Source of the DNA: Coniocarpon cinnabarinum
Lineage: Eukaryota
Reading direction: 5' to 3'
Length of the DNA: 64,000 nt
Assembly (NCBI GenBank): GCA_051942205.1
Contig: JAVECO010000004.1
Coordinates: forward strand, 1 to 64,000
Shown here: positions 48,958 to 61,009 of the stretch, piece by piece
Layout: each line of letters begins with the position of its first letter
How positions within the stretch are numbered: position 1 is the stretch's first letter
Program-made: the position numbers and the translations under genes
The notes under the pieces: model-generated
What the model saw: the letters and a program-made list of their open reading frames with translations, nothing else
What the model was told of the DNA's origin: nothing
Database searches by the model: none

Positions 48958-49572
48958 CTACTCGGTAACAAATTGAAAGCATTTCGCAGGTGCTGTAAGG
49001 GTAAGACAGGTATTATCTTGAACTGAAAACATAGCGTTAGTATGCACGAGTAAAATCAGCTGCATTAAATGTATGATTGCGTACGCTTCGTTTGGTTGAA
49101 CCAGTCTGTCTTGTCGGTACAGTCGTGGTCGGAGTAAGCATTGATCCAGAAGGTGTTGTCCTCGAAGCAGGTGGCAGGACCACCGTTGTTGCAGCGCAGA
49201 CTGCCGTCTGAATCAGCGAATGCTCACCGAAGACTACACAAATATACACATGACGACGACTTACTGTACTGACGTGTATTCTTCGTCGTGTTGGGAATTT
49301 TTGTCTTTGTAATCGAAATTGTCGGTCTTGGCGGGTTCCTCAGGGGTACAGGATCCAGAGGTCCATAGGTCAAGCGCGAATTCACTAGTTCCGAAATTTG
49401 GATCGAGCGGGCCTGGCGAGGTCTTAGCTGGGGCTGGCGGGTGTGACAATGTTGCAGGCACTGCGTTTGGTGTAGTGGTGGTTGTTGTTGCCACAGGCTC
49501 TGCGTATCCGAAGTAAGGGTAGCATGCTAGACATAGAAGCGCGGCGGCGCGGACAGCGGTCTTAGAGAGCAT
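48958..49572 (-). CDS. Small secreted cysteine-rich protein (162 aa, 3 exons), effector-like
   Basis: Exons 49572-49265, 49200-49085, 49022-48958 (489 nt, open). Signal peptide, T/P-rich linker, then a domain with six Cys ending TCLTLTAPAKCFQFVTE*. Confidence 0.75.
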
Positions 49573-49906
49573 CGTGAAAGCGTGAGGATCACTAGAGCCG
49601 ATGATCTTTGACTTCGAGGGACGCGAAAAAATTTGAGGTTCAGAAGACGTTGTCAGAACAGGACGAAGTACTTATACAATGCTCTGCGTTCTTTGCCATC
49701 AATTGCGGAACTCTGACGCTAAATCCACATGGGTGGCTTTGCATGTTGCATAGCAAATACGTAGGGCTACCGACACAGGTTCGAGCGGTACATCTTCTGA
49801 GAGTCGGGTCGCTATTTGCGACATATCAATCGTGGCGCGGTGGCGTAGATGGACTTTGTTACAGAGGAGCGGCACCATTGGCGCTAAGGTGACGCTGCTT
49901 GATGAC

Positions 49907-50089
49907 AGATTATCGGACCATCGCGACAACGCCCCTATTCATCGAAGGTTGAAAAGCATATTCACGCTGGGCGCGTCTCTATGATGTTATTAGATGCCAC
50001 TTGTTAGCAGATCATCGGACCGTCGCGACAACGACTCTATTCGTCGAAAGTTGAAGCGCATGATCACGCTGGGCGGGTCTCCTTAATGT
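49907..50089. repeat. Imperfect tandem duplication (~80-bp unit, ~101-bp period)
   Basis: AGATYATCGGACCRTCGCGACAACG...CACGCTGGGCG.GTCTC occurs at ~49908 and ~50009. Confidence 0.85.
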
Positions 50090-50578
50090 GGAATATTTGT
50101 TCATATCCGCAGCAATGCATGCTTTCCCGAAGGATCGTTAGGCTCATACCTCCTGACTACCAGCCGCGAATGAATGTCATTATTGACGAACGCACAGCAG
50201 CCACAGCAATATGCTAGGTGTGGACCTGTCGCTTGCCTCCGTGACAGCGTTAGACTTTGCAGGTGCAGTGCCGTTTCCAATGAGCCGAGTCGCAACGACG
50301 CCAGCGCAATTTGCGACCCATGCCAACGACCTAGAAGCACGAAGGCGAGAAAGACGGCACGTGGCCGCGCAGATTGTCTCCTTCAACTTAAGGCAAACTC
50401 TGCCACACGCGCACGCGTCCGCGCTACATAACAGCGTCACGTGATATTGTATCAGAAGAGAGCGAGGCTAACGCTCCTGAAGCCGTGTCACACCATCATT
50501 TACTGTCGACTCTGAGCACAATATGCGAGAACCCAGAGCTAGACTCTCTGACCTGTCTAATCCTGCAGGCAGCGAGGG

Positions 50579-52084
50579 ATGACCTTCCCACAACCCGGAG
50601 ATGCACGCCATGCGAATGGAGCAGCACTGCTACGCCAGCGGCGCTCAGGTGCCATACCCGCCACAATAGCGGAGGATGGCGAACAAAGCATACCAAGAGA
50701 TGCCAGCAATCCGTCTAACTCGTATTCGATTCGCCGTGCAAGCAGTGTGATGACCGATGGCTCTAGTTCTACGGATGGCCGGCGTGCTTCGTTTCGAGCT
50801 TCTACCGAATCTTTGCTATTGCCTCCACGTGCCATGAGCGATGATGAACCCCTGCACGAGGAGCCGTCGCTTTGGTACTCTGCACCGCTTTTGTTTGCTA
50901 TCGTGCCTGCCGTTGGCGGTGTGGCGTTCAAGAGCGGAAGTACACTCCTAACGGATGTTGCATTACTTGCCCTCGCTGCTATTTATTTGAACTGGTGTCT
51001 AATCACGCCTTGGATCTGGTATCACTCGGCTCAGAATGTGAAGCTGGAAAGTCCATCATTTGGGGATGAAATTCCTGAGCAAGCACTCTCTGAGTATCTG
51101 GACGACAGCGCCAAGAACGAAGACGCTGCACCAGAGGCAGGCGCTTTCACCGAGGAAACCGACTCCACGCTCCCGCCCGCAGATCCTGCAAAGGTACATC
51201 CAGCGGCTAAGATTGCAGAGACAGCCACAGTGACCCGGGAAGCTTCCGCTGAGCTAGCGATGCATGAGCTCGTAGCATTAGCCATGTGCGTGCTCGGACC
51301 GCTGATAGGGTCGTACATACTACACATCGTTCGCGAATCTTTGCTCTCACTTCATGGCGGCCAGCTCGTCTCAAACATGCACTTGACATTGTTTGTTCTG
51401 GGCGCAGAACTGCGTCCCGTCAGACATTGTGTCAAGCTCGTGCAAGCTCGAACACTGCATCTGCAACGTATTGTTCGCTCCGATTCTCACACGATGGACA
51501 ATGACTATCGAAGTACAGGGGACTTGAAGAAATTCCAGCAACGGTTGACCGAACTAGAAGCATCCGTGGCGTCAGCAAGGGAGCAGCAAACACTTGGCTC
51601 CGGGACACCTGACCCAGTTGCAATCTCTCACGATCTCAAGCGCTCTCAACAGGCATTGCAAACTCAGATCGACGCTGTTACGCGTGCAGTGCGCCGCTAT
51701 GAAAAGCGTGAGACTACGAGGATTGTGCAAAACGATGAGCGGCTGCAGGATATGGAAGTACGGCTGCGTGAGGCTCTTAGCCTAGCTGCTGCTGCCGCGC
51801 AGAACAGCCAGAAGTCTGGGCTTCTTTTAAGTCTTTTTGAATGGCTTATGGCTTGGGTTCAGTCAACACTGGAGATGTTCATGTGGCCATTCAAATTTCT
51901 TGGCGACTTGTGCTGGTCTATGGTGAAAAAGCTGGGGCTTGCTAGGCCCATCAGGCGGCGCAAACCCGTCAAGAGAACGTCCGACCTCGCAAAAGATAGT
52001 AGAGAAAGGGACAGACCGCATAGAAAGCGGGAAGAGCCCGTTGCGAGACCAATCAGTGATGCTTGGCTAAAGGGTCGCCGGTAA
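50579..52084 (+). CDS. Conserved fungal hypothetical membrane protein with coiled coil
   Basis: 501-aa intronless ORF with TM segments (WYSAPLLFAIVPAVGG, YLNWCLITPWIWY), HLTLFVLGAELRP and a coiled coil (IDAVTRAVRRYEKR...EVRLREALSLAAAAA). Confidence 0.8.
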   Translation: MTFPQPGDARHANGAALLRQRRSGAIPATIAEDGEQSIPRDASNPSNSYSIRRASSVMTDGSSSTDGRRASFRASTESLLLPPRAMSDDEPLHEEPSLWYSAPLLFAIVPAVGGVAFKSGSTLLTDVALLALAAIYLNWCLITPWIWYHSAQNVKLESPSFGDEIPEQALSEYLDDSAKNEDAAPEAGAFTEETDSTLPPADPAKVHPAAKIAETATVTREASAELAMHELVALAMCVLGPLIGSYILHIVRESLLSLHGGQLVSNMHLTLFVLGAELRPVRHCVKLVQARTLHLQRIVRSDSHTMDNDYRSTGDLKKFQQRLTELEASVASAREQQTLGSGTPDPVAISHDLKRSQQALQTQIDAVTRAVRRYEKRETTRIVQNDERLQDMEVRLREALSLAAAAAQNSQKSGLLLSLFEWLMAWVQSTLEMFMWPFKFLGDLCWSMVKKLGLARPIRRRKPVKRTSDLAKDSRERDRPHRKREEPVARPISDAWLKGRR

Positions 52085-52190
52085 CATACGATAGTAGCCT
52101 GCATCTTGCAAATATCTCATCGCAGCTACGAGAAATTTCAGCGCAAATCATACTGCCTCTCTCTTTGTCCTCCGCTCAATCAGTCCCGGC

Positions 52191-52869
52191 CTACACTTTC
52201 TTAGGTCTGACGAGATGCGACTCAATATAGAAATCACAGGGCGCTGGCATTGCTTGCGTGGCTTTGCTTTCAAATCCAAATCGCTCGTAGAGTGGCTTTC
52301 CAGCAGGACTCGCGTCAACATATGCTTCAACGCCATCACGGTCTGCAAGGTTGCATCCGTACTCTACCATCATAGCACCGACACCCTGGCGCGCGTAGGT
52401 AGTGCGAACAGCCAGGAACTCGAGGACTTCGAATAAGTCAGCCAATGATCTTCAGTCGCATCTATGCAAGCACCGAAATCTTACACCAATGCGGACGATC
52501 GCCCATGAGTCTATGGCGTGCCTCTCCCATCATAGAAAAGAGCACCTTTAGCATTTCTTTGTCCATTTCGTCTGTCCAGTCCTCCCAGTGTCCCTCCCAG
52601 ACTCGTGGTGGCGTCCACCTTGAAAAGCCGACCAACGCATCATTGGCATTGGAATCAATAATCTTAATGAATTCGGTACTTGGTTCCCGTCGCATCTGCT
52701 CGGCGAAACTGCGTTCAAAGAAGGCGCGAGTTTTATCCGTGTCTGGCCAACAGCGTTGGAAGAACGCTGTTTGCGGATGATCGCTGCAGTCAAAAGCATC
52801 TACCGCGCATGATGCTATGTCAGCCGCATCCTGGATTTGCGCGCGAACCAGCCTGAACTTTGCTCCCAT
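52191..52869 (-). CDS. GNAT family N-acetyltransferase (2 exons)
   Basis: Intron ~52427-52484 joins HW|FLEFLAVRTTYARQGVG (acetyl-CoA motif A) to YVDASPAGKPLYERFGF. Confidence 0.9.
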
Positions 52870-53406
52870 TGGAAGCTGAAGTGAGCGTGTATCCCTACAG
52901 ACAAAGATCAGGCACCGTCAAACAGTTTCTCTGCGGCAATGCTCCGAAGCGCGAGTGCAAGTCGGCTGAGGTTGCGTTGATGCGTGCATTTGAGGAGCTC
53001 GTAGGTGGGTCTGATCCATGTCAAGAAGCGACCATGCCCCTCCACCCGTGGGCGTCTGTAGCTTGATTCCCTATTATGGTGCATGGCAATGCTTTGCGTT
53101 ACAGCGTTTTACGACAATAATGCCAGGCCAAGGGCGGAGCTCGGACAATGGTAATACTCTCGGGAAGCACTGAATGACCTTCAATGAGGTATGCACTGGA
53201 CACAGCTCGGGGTCGGTACCCACAGCTCCGCGAAGGCACGATTCCCTTACATCCCACCCTACGTCACTGAGCTTCCATAGCGTCTACAACCAGAGAGACG
53301 ATGGTCGTCTTGTGGAGCATTAGGATATTTTGAAGCTACACCAGCACTGTCGACCCCGTTACGAGCGTTCACTATTGGAACTGGGGAATTCAACCAAGCT
53401 ACAGCC

Positions 53407-54910
53407 ATGCCCCTTCAGAGCGATCTCGTTTTAGACTCTGCAAAGTTCCATCTAAAGAATGTCTCGCAGGATACCAAGGACTTCAATGAAGGTTTGTTGA
53501 AGATTGGTTCACAGATACCAAAATGGTGGGAGGTACGCGCACTTCTATTAGAGCCTGTTTACATCCAGGAATTTTGCCTCGTCGCGTTGTCCTTCCACAC
53601 ATTTTCCTCCCAGTGCTTAATTGCAATGCGTCCATTCTCAAAGGGACGTGAAATCAAATACTGCAGCTTCTAAGAGTAGACAGCTCAAGGGATGACAGGT
53701 TGGCGCCCAGCGCTATCGCGAGATGCGCCAGAACGGCGAAACGCCGCTACCCAAACCCACTCATCTGCCTCAAGCGCAGACGCTGAAGGTACCTTCTCGA
53801 GACCCTGGCCGAGATATTCCATGTCGTGTGATCAAGCCCCAAAATGGGCAGGCGAGCAAGGGGGTGTTCTGCCATATGCATGGTGGTGGATGGGTATTGC
53901 AGGATGTTAGTCACCCGCGTGGAGGCCAAACCAGATCGCATAGACTTACTGAAGGCCGCAGGAAGCATCGTAAGCCGCAGTCGACCAGCATCGACTTCCA
54001 TGGCTGAACGCCTGCAGTCAAGACGAGCTGCTCGAGTACCTCGCAGATACCTTTCATTTCACGGCAATCTCTGTTGGATACCGTCTTGCACCTGAACATC
54101 CGTTTCCAGATGGTCCGCAGGACTGTCATGACGTTGCAGAGTGGCTTGTTGACAATGCCGAGCGTCATTTTGGTTGTCCGCTGGTGGTAGCAGGCGGCGA
54201 GGTATGACGTTTGCCCATGATAGGATGCGTGTCTCTGCATGTGCCCCTGCATCAGCTAATAGCAGTGCATCGTCGTTGCTGACATTCTCGCGCCAAGTCA
54301 GCAGGTGCTCATCTCGCCCTCTCGGCTTGTTTCAGCCTGCAATCGAGTCGACCTCAGTTCGCGTTCAAAGCTTTGATCCTGAACTTTGGATGTTACGACC
54401 TCTCCACTTTTCTGCCGTAAGAATCATCATGAGTCGGTGATAACTGTGTATGAACGACCAAGCTTACAAAATTGAGCAGCTCGGTCATGCAATTCGATAA
54501 GCCGCTCATACTTACCGTAGGTCTTTTTTTAAACTTAGCCACTTCCTCGACTCAGCACGTGCCGTTAACCTTCATATCAGGGCGAGATCATGAGCCACTA
54601 CCAAGCTGTCGTCCTTCCCTCCACGACCGCCGAACAACGCACGTCTCCTTCCGCCTCGCCTATGTATGCTAATCTCAAAGCGCTCAAGCTTCCGCCTGCC
54701 CTCTTCGCAGTGGGCACAGAAGACTGTCTACTCGATGACAGCCTCCTCATGTCTGCGAAGTGGCAGGTCGCTGGGGGCCGGGGAGTTCTGAAGATCTATC
54801 CAGGGGGTGCGCATGGGTTCTGTCTCTTCCCGATTGGATCAAGTGAGAATGTCGCGCAGTGGCGGGCAGACGTGGAGGAATTTATTGGCGAGTCACTTGA
54901 ACGAAGTTGA
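53407..54910 (+). CDS. Alpha/beta hydrolase (HSL-like esterase, Abhydrolase_3), multi-exon
   Basis: Spliced HGGGWVLQD-EAS-QD, YRLAPEHPFP, GGE|SAG nucleophile elbow, GTEDCLLDD and GAHGF. Confidence 0.88.
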
Positions 54911-55412
54911 GAAGATGGGCAGGATTGGAAGAATGGAACAAGACTAGCACGAAGGGTCTGTACTAACCTAGCTCAGAAGCTAGATAGAAAGAATGAACAA
55001 GATAGAGGAAGATCTTGGTTGTCAGTCTGCGAGACGGGCATCATCCCGTGGTGTCTTGCCCTGAAAATGCACCTCAATGTCTGCCTATTACTGAGACGTA
55101 CGCTTCCGCATTACATGAACGTCCAGCCATTTTGGCGCTTCTGGGCTTGCGGAAACAATCTTGTGAGGGGGCTGTCAGTATAATACTGGGCTACGGCTCT
55201 CAGTCTTAACATCGAGACGCTTGGGCAATCTTAGTAGATGTCGTTTACTTGGTGCACTGCACAGAGAGAGGGAGAGATTGGAATGAGCTTTTCAGAGGCT
55301 GTTTATGGATGCAGAAGATTTGCTTGCCTGAGAACTCAGGTAGCAATACATATGCGACCCTGTGACAGTTAAGCAGACGTGCGCTGCTTGCCACACCTAA
55401 AGATACCAATAC

Positions 55413-56755
55413 ATGTGGGCGACGCGGCAAAGCTTGTCGCAAAATCTACGTCTCCATGTGCAGCGCTTCTCCTCGGCAAGCGCGCGTGGGCAGCTTCGCA
55501 ATGGCGCCAGCTTACCAACGCGCGTCAGGCCTACTTTTGAGGGTACATGCATTCGTGACAGTTTGAAGGTCAATGCTAATCGGCCATAGAAACTAAACGG
55601 CAAGATCTCTTGGCCTTGAAATGGCCATCGCCACCGCGCAACGTGCTGCTGTTGAAAAAGAAGCATGCGCCGAATGTCGATGCCGCCTTTCTCGAGTTCC
55701 TGCGTCACGTACAGTCATCATATCCCTCTACGTCTGTCGTGCTTGAGCGCGACGTCGCCGAGCAAACTCAGCATCAATTGGACCAGCCAGTGTACACCCA
55801 GATCGACAAGCAATCGAATTTCCGGCTTGCTGACAAAATTGATTTGATCGTGACATTGGGTGGCGATGGCACAATACTCCACGCAGCGTCCTTGTTTTCA
55901 CGAAGTGCCCCTGTCCCACCTGTGTTATCATTTAGCATGGGTACCTTAGGATTTCTCGGAGAATGGAGGTTCAGCGAATACAAACGAGCCTTTCGAGAGG
56001 TTTTTGTCTCCGGAGCGGACACCAGCAACGAGGTGGTGCATCAGGGAGCTCAAGCAGGCGTCATGCGCTCCGATGACGAAGATGCCCAGAACACTCCTTC
56101 TTCGCTACCTTCTAGCTGGTCTACTGTCCGAGGAAAGTTCATGGGTCATGGTCGTCACGCTCGCATTTTACTGCGCAACCGCCTGAAGGTTGCAGTCACA
56201 GCCTCGGGCCCGGTGGAAACAGAGACCCGATCTCACGTGTTTGCTATGAACGAGGTCATCATCCATCGCGGGTCCGATCCACACCTAGCAATCCTGGACG
56301 TGTTTGTCGGCGGTCGCTTCCTGACCGAAGCAGTAGCGGACGGCATGATCATCTCGACACCGACTGGGAGTACAGCCTACAGTCTTTCAAGTGGAGGCAG
56401 CATCGTTCATCCGCTCGTGCCCTCTCTCCTTCTCACGCCCATCTGCCCTCGAAGTCTCAGCTTTCGCCCACTAGTGCTGCCCGCCAACACGCCAATTACG
56501 CTCAGACTGAGTGAGAAAAACCGCGGTCGCCAAGTAGATGTCAGCATTGATGGCGTTAAACTCGACGAGGGCTTCAGGGTGGGCATGGAGATCAACATAC
56601 GAGCCGAAGACATCAGAGATGAGCTTGGAAATTGGACCGGAGGAGTTCCTTCAATCGTCCGAGCTCATGCCGGCGCAGACGCTGGCAGTGAGGACAGCTG
56701 GGTCGGGGGATTGAACGGACTTCTCAAATTCAACTATCCCATGGGCGAAGAATGA
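55413..56755 (+). CDS. POS5: Mitochondrial NADH kinase
   Basis: Arg-rich presequence exon (MWATRQSLSQNLRLHVQRFSS), then LKWPSPPRNVL, TLGGDGTILHA, FSMGTLGFL, MNEV, ADGMIISTPTGSTAYSLSSGG and PRSLSFRP. Confidence 0.92.
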
Positions 56756-56947
56756 AAAAACGGAACTACGACTAGACATAAGCACGGAGGGTCCCAACGA
56801 TTCGAGCGCGGTGCCTTGCATTAGCCTTGGAAGCTGATCACTGCACCCCTTCGTCACTTGCCCCACTAGGCCACCTTCTCAACTTTTTTTATGACAACTT
56901 TCCCATTGGCCTTTCCTGCTCACGCAGGCGCGCTCATCCCATAGATC

Positions 56948-58466
56948 ATGGATCTTGACCCGCAAGTAGGTAAGCAGCAAATAATGATGCGCGCCTGTTC
57001 TGATCATCTGCTTACAATAATGCAAAGCACCCTACCGCACTTCTGACAAGAATTCTTTTGCCCACGTCTCGGCGGTAGACAGATGGCCGAAAATCATTAC
57101 TGGAGCCATCGATGATGTGCATCGAAGTGTTGCAATATGCACAGATGCAGCTGCCGCGACTGAGGGCAAAGGCATCGTTGAAGCATTGGCCAAGATCAAG
57201 TACGAGCTTCAGCACAATCGCCAGCTAACGCCTCTGGATGACGATGGTGAGGAGGACGTTCATCTTTATAACGATGAGCTTCGAAAGCGCGGGAATCCTG
57301 TTTGGCACGACGTATCGTGGCTGTATTCAGAATGCTACCTTTACAGACGGATGAACACTCTTTTTGCACGTTCCCAACACTGGAAAGGGTATGATGTCTT
57401 TGCGCGGCAGAAACTCGACACCTTTAAATCATCGCAACGTGCTGTGATAGAGCTAGCGTCGCGATACAAAGATCTCATCGAGCAAGTCAAGCGCGGTGCG
57501 CCCGAATCAATGACTGCCCAAGAGGCAGTCAATGCGGAGTCGCTGCTCTTCAACGAGATGGCCGAAGCCTGTTTATGGGGCAACGCGACTGATCTGAGTC
57601 TGTTGACGACCCTCACTTTCGAAGACCTGCAAAAGCTGCAAGACTCAAAGCTACGCAAAGCGGCTGAAAGCACTGTCCTGGTAAATGATCTGCCCAAGGC
57701 TTTTGACGCTCTCAAGCAGTCTCAGAAGGTCGACCCAAACGGAGAACGCCGAGTGGATTTTGTTCTCGACAATGCTGGTTTCGAGCTTTACGCAGACCTT
57801 GTCTTTGCGGGTTACTTATTGGCTTCTGGACTTGCTACAACCATTGTCTTACGGCCAAAGTCCATTCCGTGGTTCGTCTCGGACGTTGTTCCAAACGACT
57901 TCGGCGCACTTTTGAATGCCCTCTCAAATCCCAAGCACTTCTTTGAAACCATGTCAGACGAGGAGAAAAGCATGGGACGGAATGTCGCCCCCTTATCAGG
58001 GAAAGACATTGCGAGCCTGAATTACGTCTTCAACGATTGGAGTCAACTTCACGCATCAGGCAAGCTCGTGATCCGACCGCATCGCTTCTGGACTCACGCC
58101 GGCAGCTTCTGGCGCATGCCGACTACTGCGCCTGCTCTGTATGCTGATCTGCGCAGATCGGAACTCATTATCCTCAAAGGAGATCTTAACGGCCGGAAAT
58201 TGACAGGCGACGTGATGTGGGATCCCACAACACCTTTCCCTGTAGCCATTGGCCCTCTTGCACGCACACGGGAGGGTCTTCGACTACTACAGCTACGAAC
58301 GTGCAAGGCAGACACCGTCGTGGGGTTGAAAGCAGGTGAAGACGAGAGGCTCAAAAATACCCAAGGAGGGGGCGGCATTGGCGGAGCGAGGCAGTGGGCT
58401 TGGAGCGGCAAGTGGGCCGTTGTTCAATACAACGATGCGCTGTACGAAGGATCGAGCTGTTTGTGA
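56948..58466 (+). CDS. DUF89 / ARMT1-like damage-control metal-dependent phosphatase
   Basis: Short first exon plus intron; RWP.I, WLYSECYLYRR, YDVFARQK, LWGNATDLSL, VLDNAGFELYADL, PWFVSDV, KGDLNGRKL and LRTCKAD. Confidence 0.92.
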
Positions 58467-58709
58467 CCAGGCTTGTATCGATAGAGAATATAGAGATCTG
58501 TCTTCAGACGCACCTCTTGTGCCAAACAAGAACGTTCCAGCCAACACGTTATGACGTACCAGCGGCCAAACGCAAAGCACGCGTCTTGACTAACGTACCA
58601 CCTCTGTCTGTCTCATACTCCACAGGCGCGACACGTGGCGTTTACAACGACCTTACCCTCACTCTCATCTTGATTTCTTCTCCTTCCCTTTTCTTAAGCT
58701 CGCCGCGTC

Positions 58710-61009
58710 ATGTCCTCCCCGATCAGTTTTGCGAGCCATGAAGTCGCTTACCCGCCCTACACTGCGGAGTTCGACCCGTACGTCCCACAGCACAGCACTT
58801 AGAACAAAGTCAAGGACTGAGAATAATGTAGATATGATCGAGGCTATCTGATTGTGGGTGGTGGCGGTGGGGAGAGCAGAACGGGAGTACGCCACTACCT
58901 TTCTATGTACTGCTTTCACCGACTGACAACCCATTTCTAGGTCCCAAACCGCATCGTGAGTATAATTTGCAGAGATACTGTTACATGAGGAAGGTTTCTG
59001 ACCTCTTGAAGACAGTCTTGGACACCTCGCTGCGCTCATCTATCGAAGACGTTGGCTCAATCGACCTCCCCACTACAGACGACTGCGTGACATCAATAGC
59101 CTCACTCACAACACCAACCGGCTTGAGAACTTTAGCGTGTCAAGCATCGGGGCGAAGAGATCGTCAAGCGGGCAAAGATGACCACCTGCTTTCCGTCGAC
59201 TTCACATACCCGTCCAAGACCCTGTCGCAACAAGCGCATCTAGTTGATGCAGAAAAGAAGAGCTTAAAGACACAAGTGGAGGCGCGAAAACATGGCAAGA
59301 CGCGTGTGCTCAGCCAGAAAGCGACGACAGGGAAGTACGCGAACGCGGAACCTGTTAGGTTGAGCCCTGCTAAGAGACGAGATGTGAGCACGAAGAGGGT
59401 CGGTGCTGTCGCAAGCAAGGACGCCGACGTGAGCGAGATTGCAGTCTTTGATGCCACCAAGGATGCTCTGGATCAGAGCGCGGTCATAGACACTCTTGAC
59501 CTCAGCGGCAAGGATGCAGAGGACATTGACATCTGGAGCAGCAGCGAGAGCGAATTCTCGATAGCATGGTGTCAGAGCGAAGCATTATACCTACAGAACT
59601 TCAAATACGCCTTCAGTCAGGGCACGTATCAGGCAGAGGACAGGAAAGAGGTCTATAAAACGGCCAGTACACATCATAGGAATCTCAAGCAATGTCGCTT
59701 CCTGACTGAGGACTACATTGTTGCCCTGAGTGGGCTCATTGCGAATAGAACTTCAGAGCTTTTGTGGGTAGAAGCATCCACGCTTCGCTGGCAGACAGCT
59801 TTTGCTAATACGTTCAGAATAATGCACCGAGACGGCACAGTCACTCAGCGATATCCACTACCGCGGTTCATGCGAACTTGCGCTGCAATGGATATCGTGC
59901 AACTCGACCGAGATCCAGGAACGGGTGTCCATCAAATGTACGCAAAATCTACATCTAGCCTTTTCGAAGCGATTGAGCTGACCTCAACCAGTATCATAGC
60001 ATGCGGCGGTCACGACGGTTCCGTCCACATCTGCTTCACCGAATACAATCCCTCTTGTCCAACTCCCATCAGCAAACCCCGCAAATTCTCAAACCTCAAC
60101 GACGTCCACGACAACTCCGTCTGCAAACTCGCCTTCTCCCCGTTCTTTCCACCACGCCAACCAGCCTCTTCACCTATGTCAATCGCAGCCAGTACTCAGC
60201 ACGTCCGCCTCGCTTCTCTCGGCATCATGAGTAATCGAGTCGTCGTCGAGTCCATAGCTTTAACGTCAACGCCCACAACGCCCTTCAAAGCTACTGAAGA
60301 AAAGGGCAAGCCTGGCACGCCGACCGTGCGCTGGGTCCTTAGCTCTGCTACCTCTGAAAACATGGTAACCTGGCTCGGTCTCATGGTGATTGGACTAGCC
60401 GTTCTCGTCGCAGCAATAACATTCCAGCGCTATCGCTCTGCGGGCTCCGGCGATATTCTCGCACCGCTCAGACTCATGCCCATGAAAGAATACAACATCC
60501 CTGGCGCTACGCCCAGCGCTGCAGGTCGCAGCAGTGTCTTCAGCAAAGCAAGCGAGCACCTCTCCGCCTCGTCTGCAGCTGCGCAAAACGAAGGCGTCGC
60601 GCAAGTGGCGCAAGCCGTCAACATGGCCGAGCAGGCCATTCCCTCTGATACAGACACTGACGATGCAAAAGTCCAATCCCTGCGCGAATTGGTCGATGAG
60701 CATTCTTCTGACTCCGGGCCCGGCAGCGACGGCGAAACCTCTGGTGCGCAAAAGGTGATCCTCGTGTCGCCTCATTCGACGGTCGAGGATCAAGTCCGCG
60801 TCATGGTCCATGAAGCAGGTCACAAAGCGTTGGACGGCGCTAAGCGCTTTTCGGAACTCGCGGAGGCGGATCGACATACGTGGTTGGAGCGCTTGAAAGC
60901 GACGGGACGGTGGGCAGAAGAGGAAGGAGTGACGGTGCTGGAGGGGGTTGTGTTTAGTGAGTTTGCGAGGGATGTTGGGGGCGCGATCAGGGATGCTGTG
61001 CTGAATTAG
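58710..61009 (+). CDS. SEC12: Sec12-like Sar1 guanine nucleotide exchange factor (beta-propeller plus one TM)
   Basis: Spliced N-terminus MSSPISFASHEVAYPPYTAEFDP|YDRGYLIVGGGGGESRTG|VPNRI gives the Sec12 K-loop GGGGxxxxGxxN; TM segment WLGLMVIGLAVLVAAITF. Confidence 0.82.

Noticed and set aside
52191..54910. Secondary metabolite cluster around the GNAT and esterase
   Set aside because: No PKS, NRPS, terpene synthase or repetitive RiPP precursor in the window.
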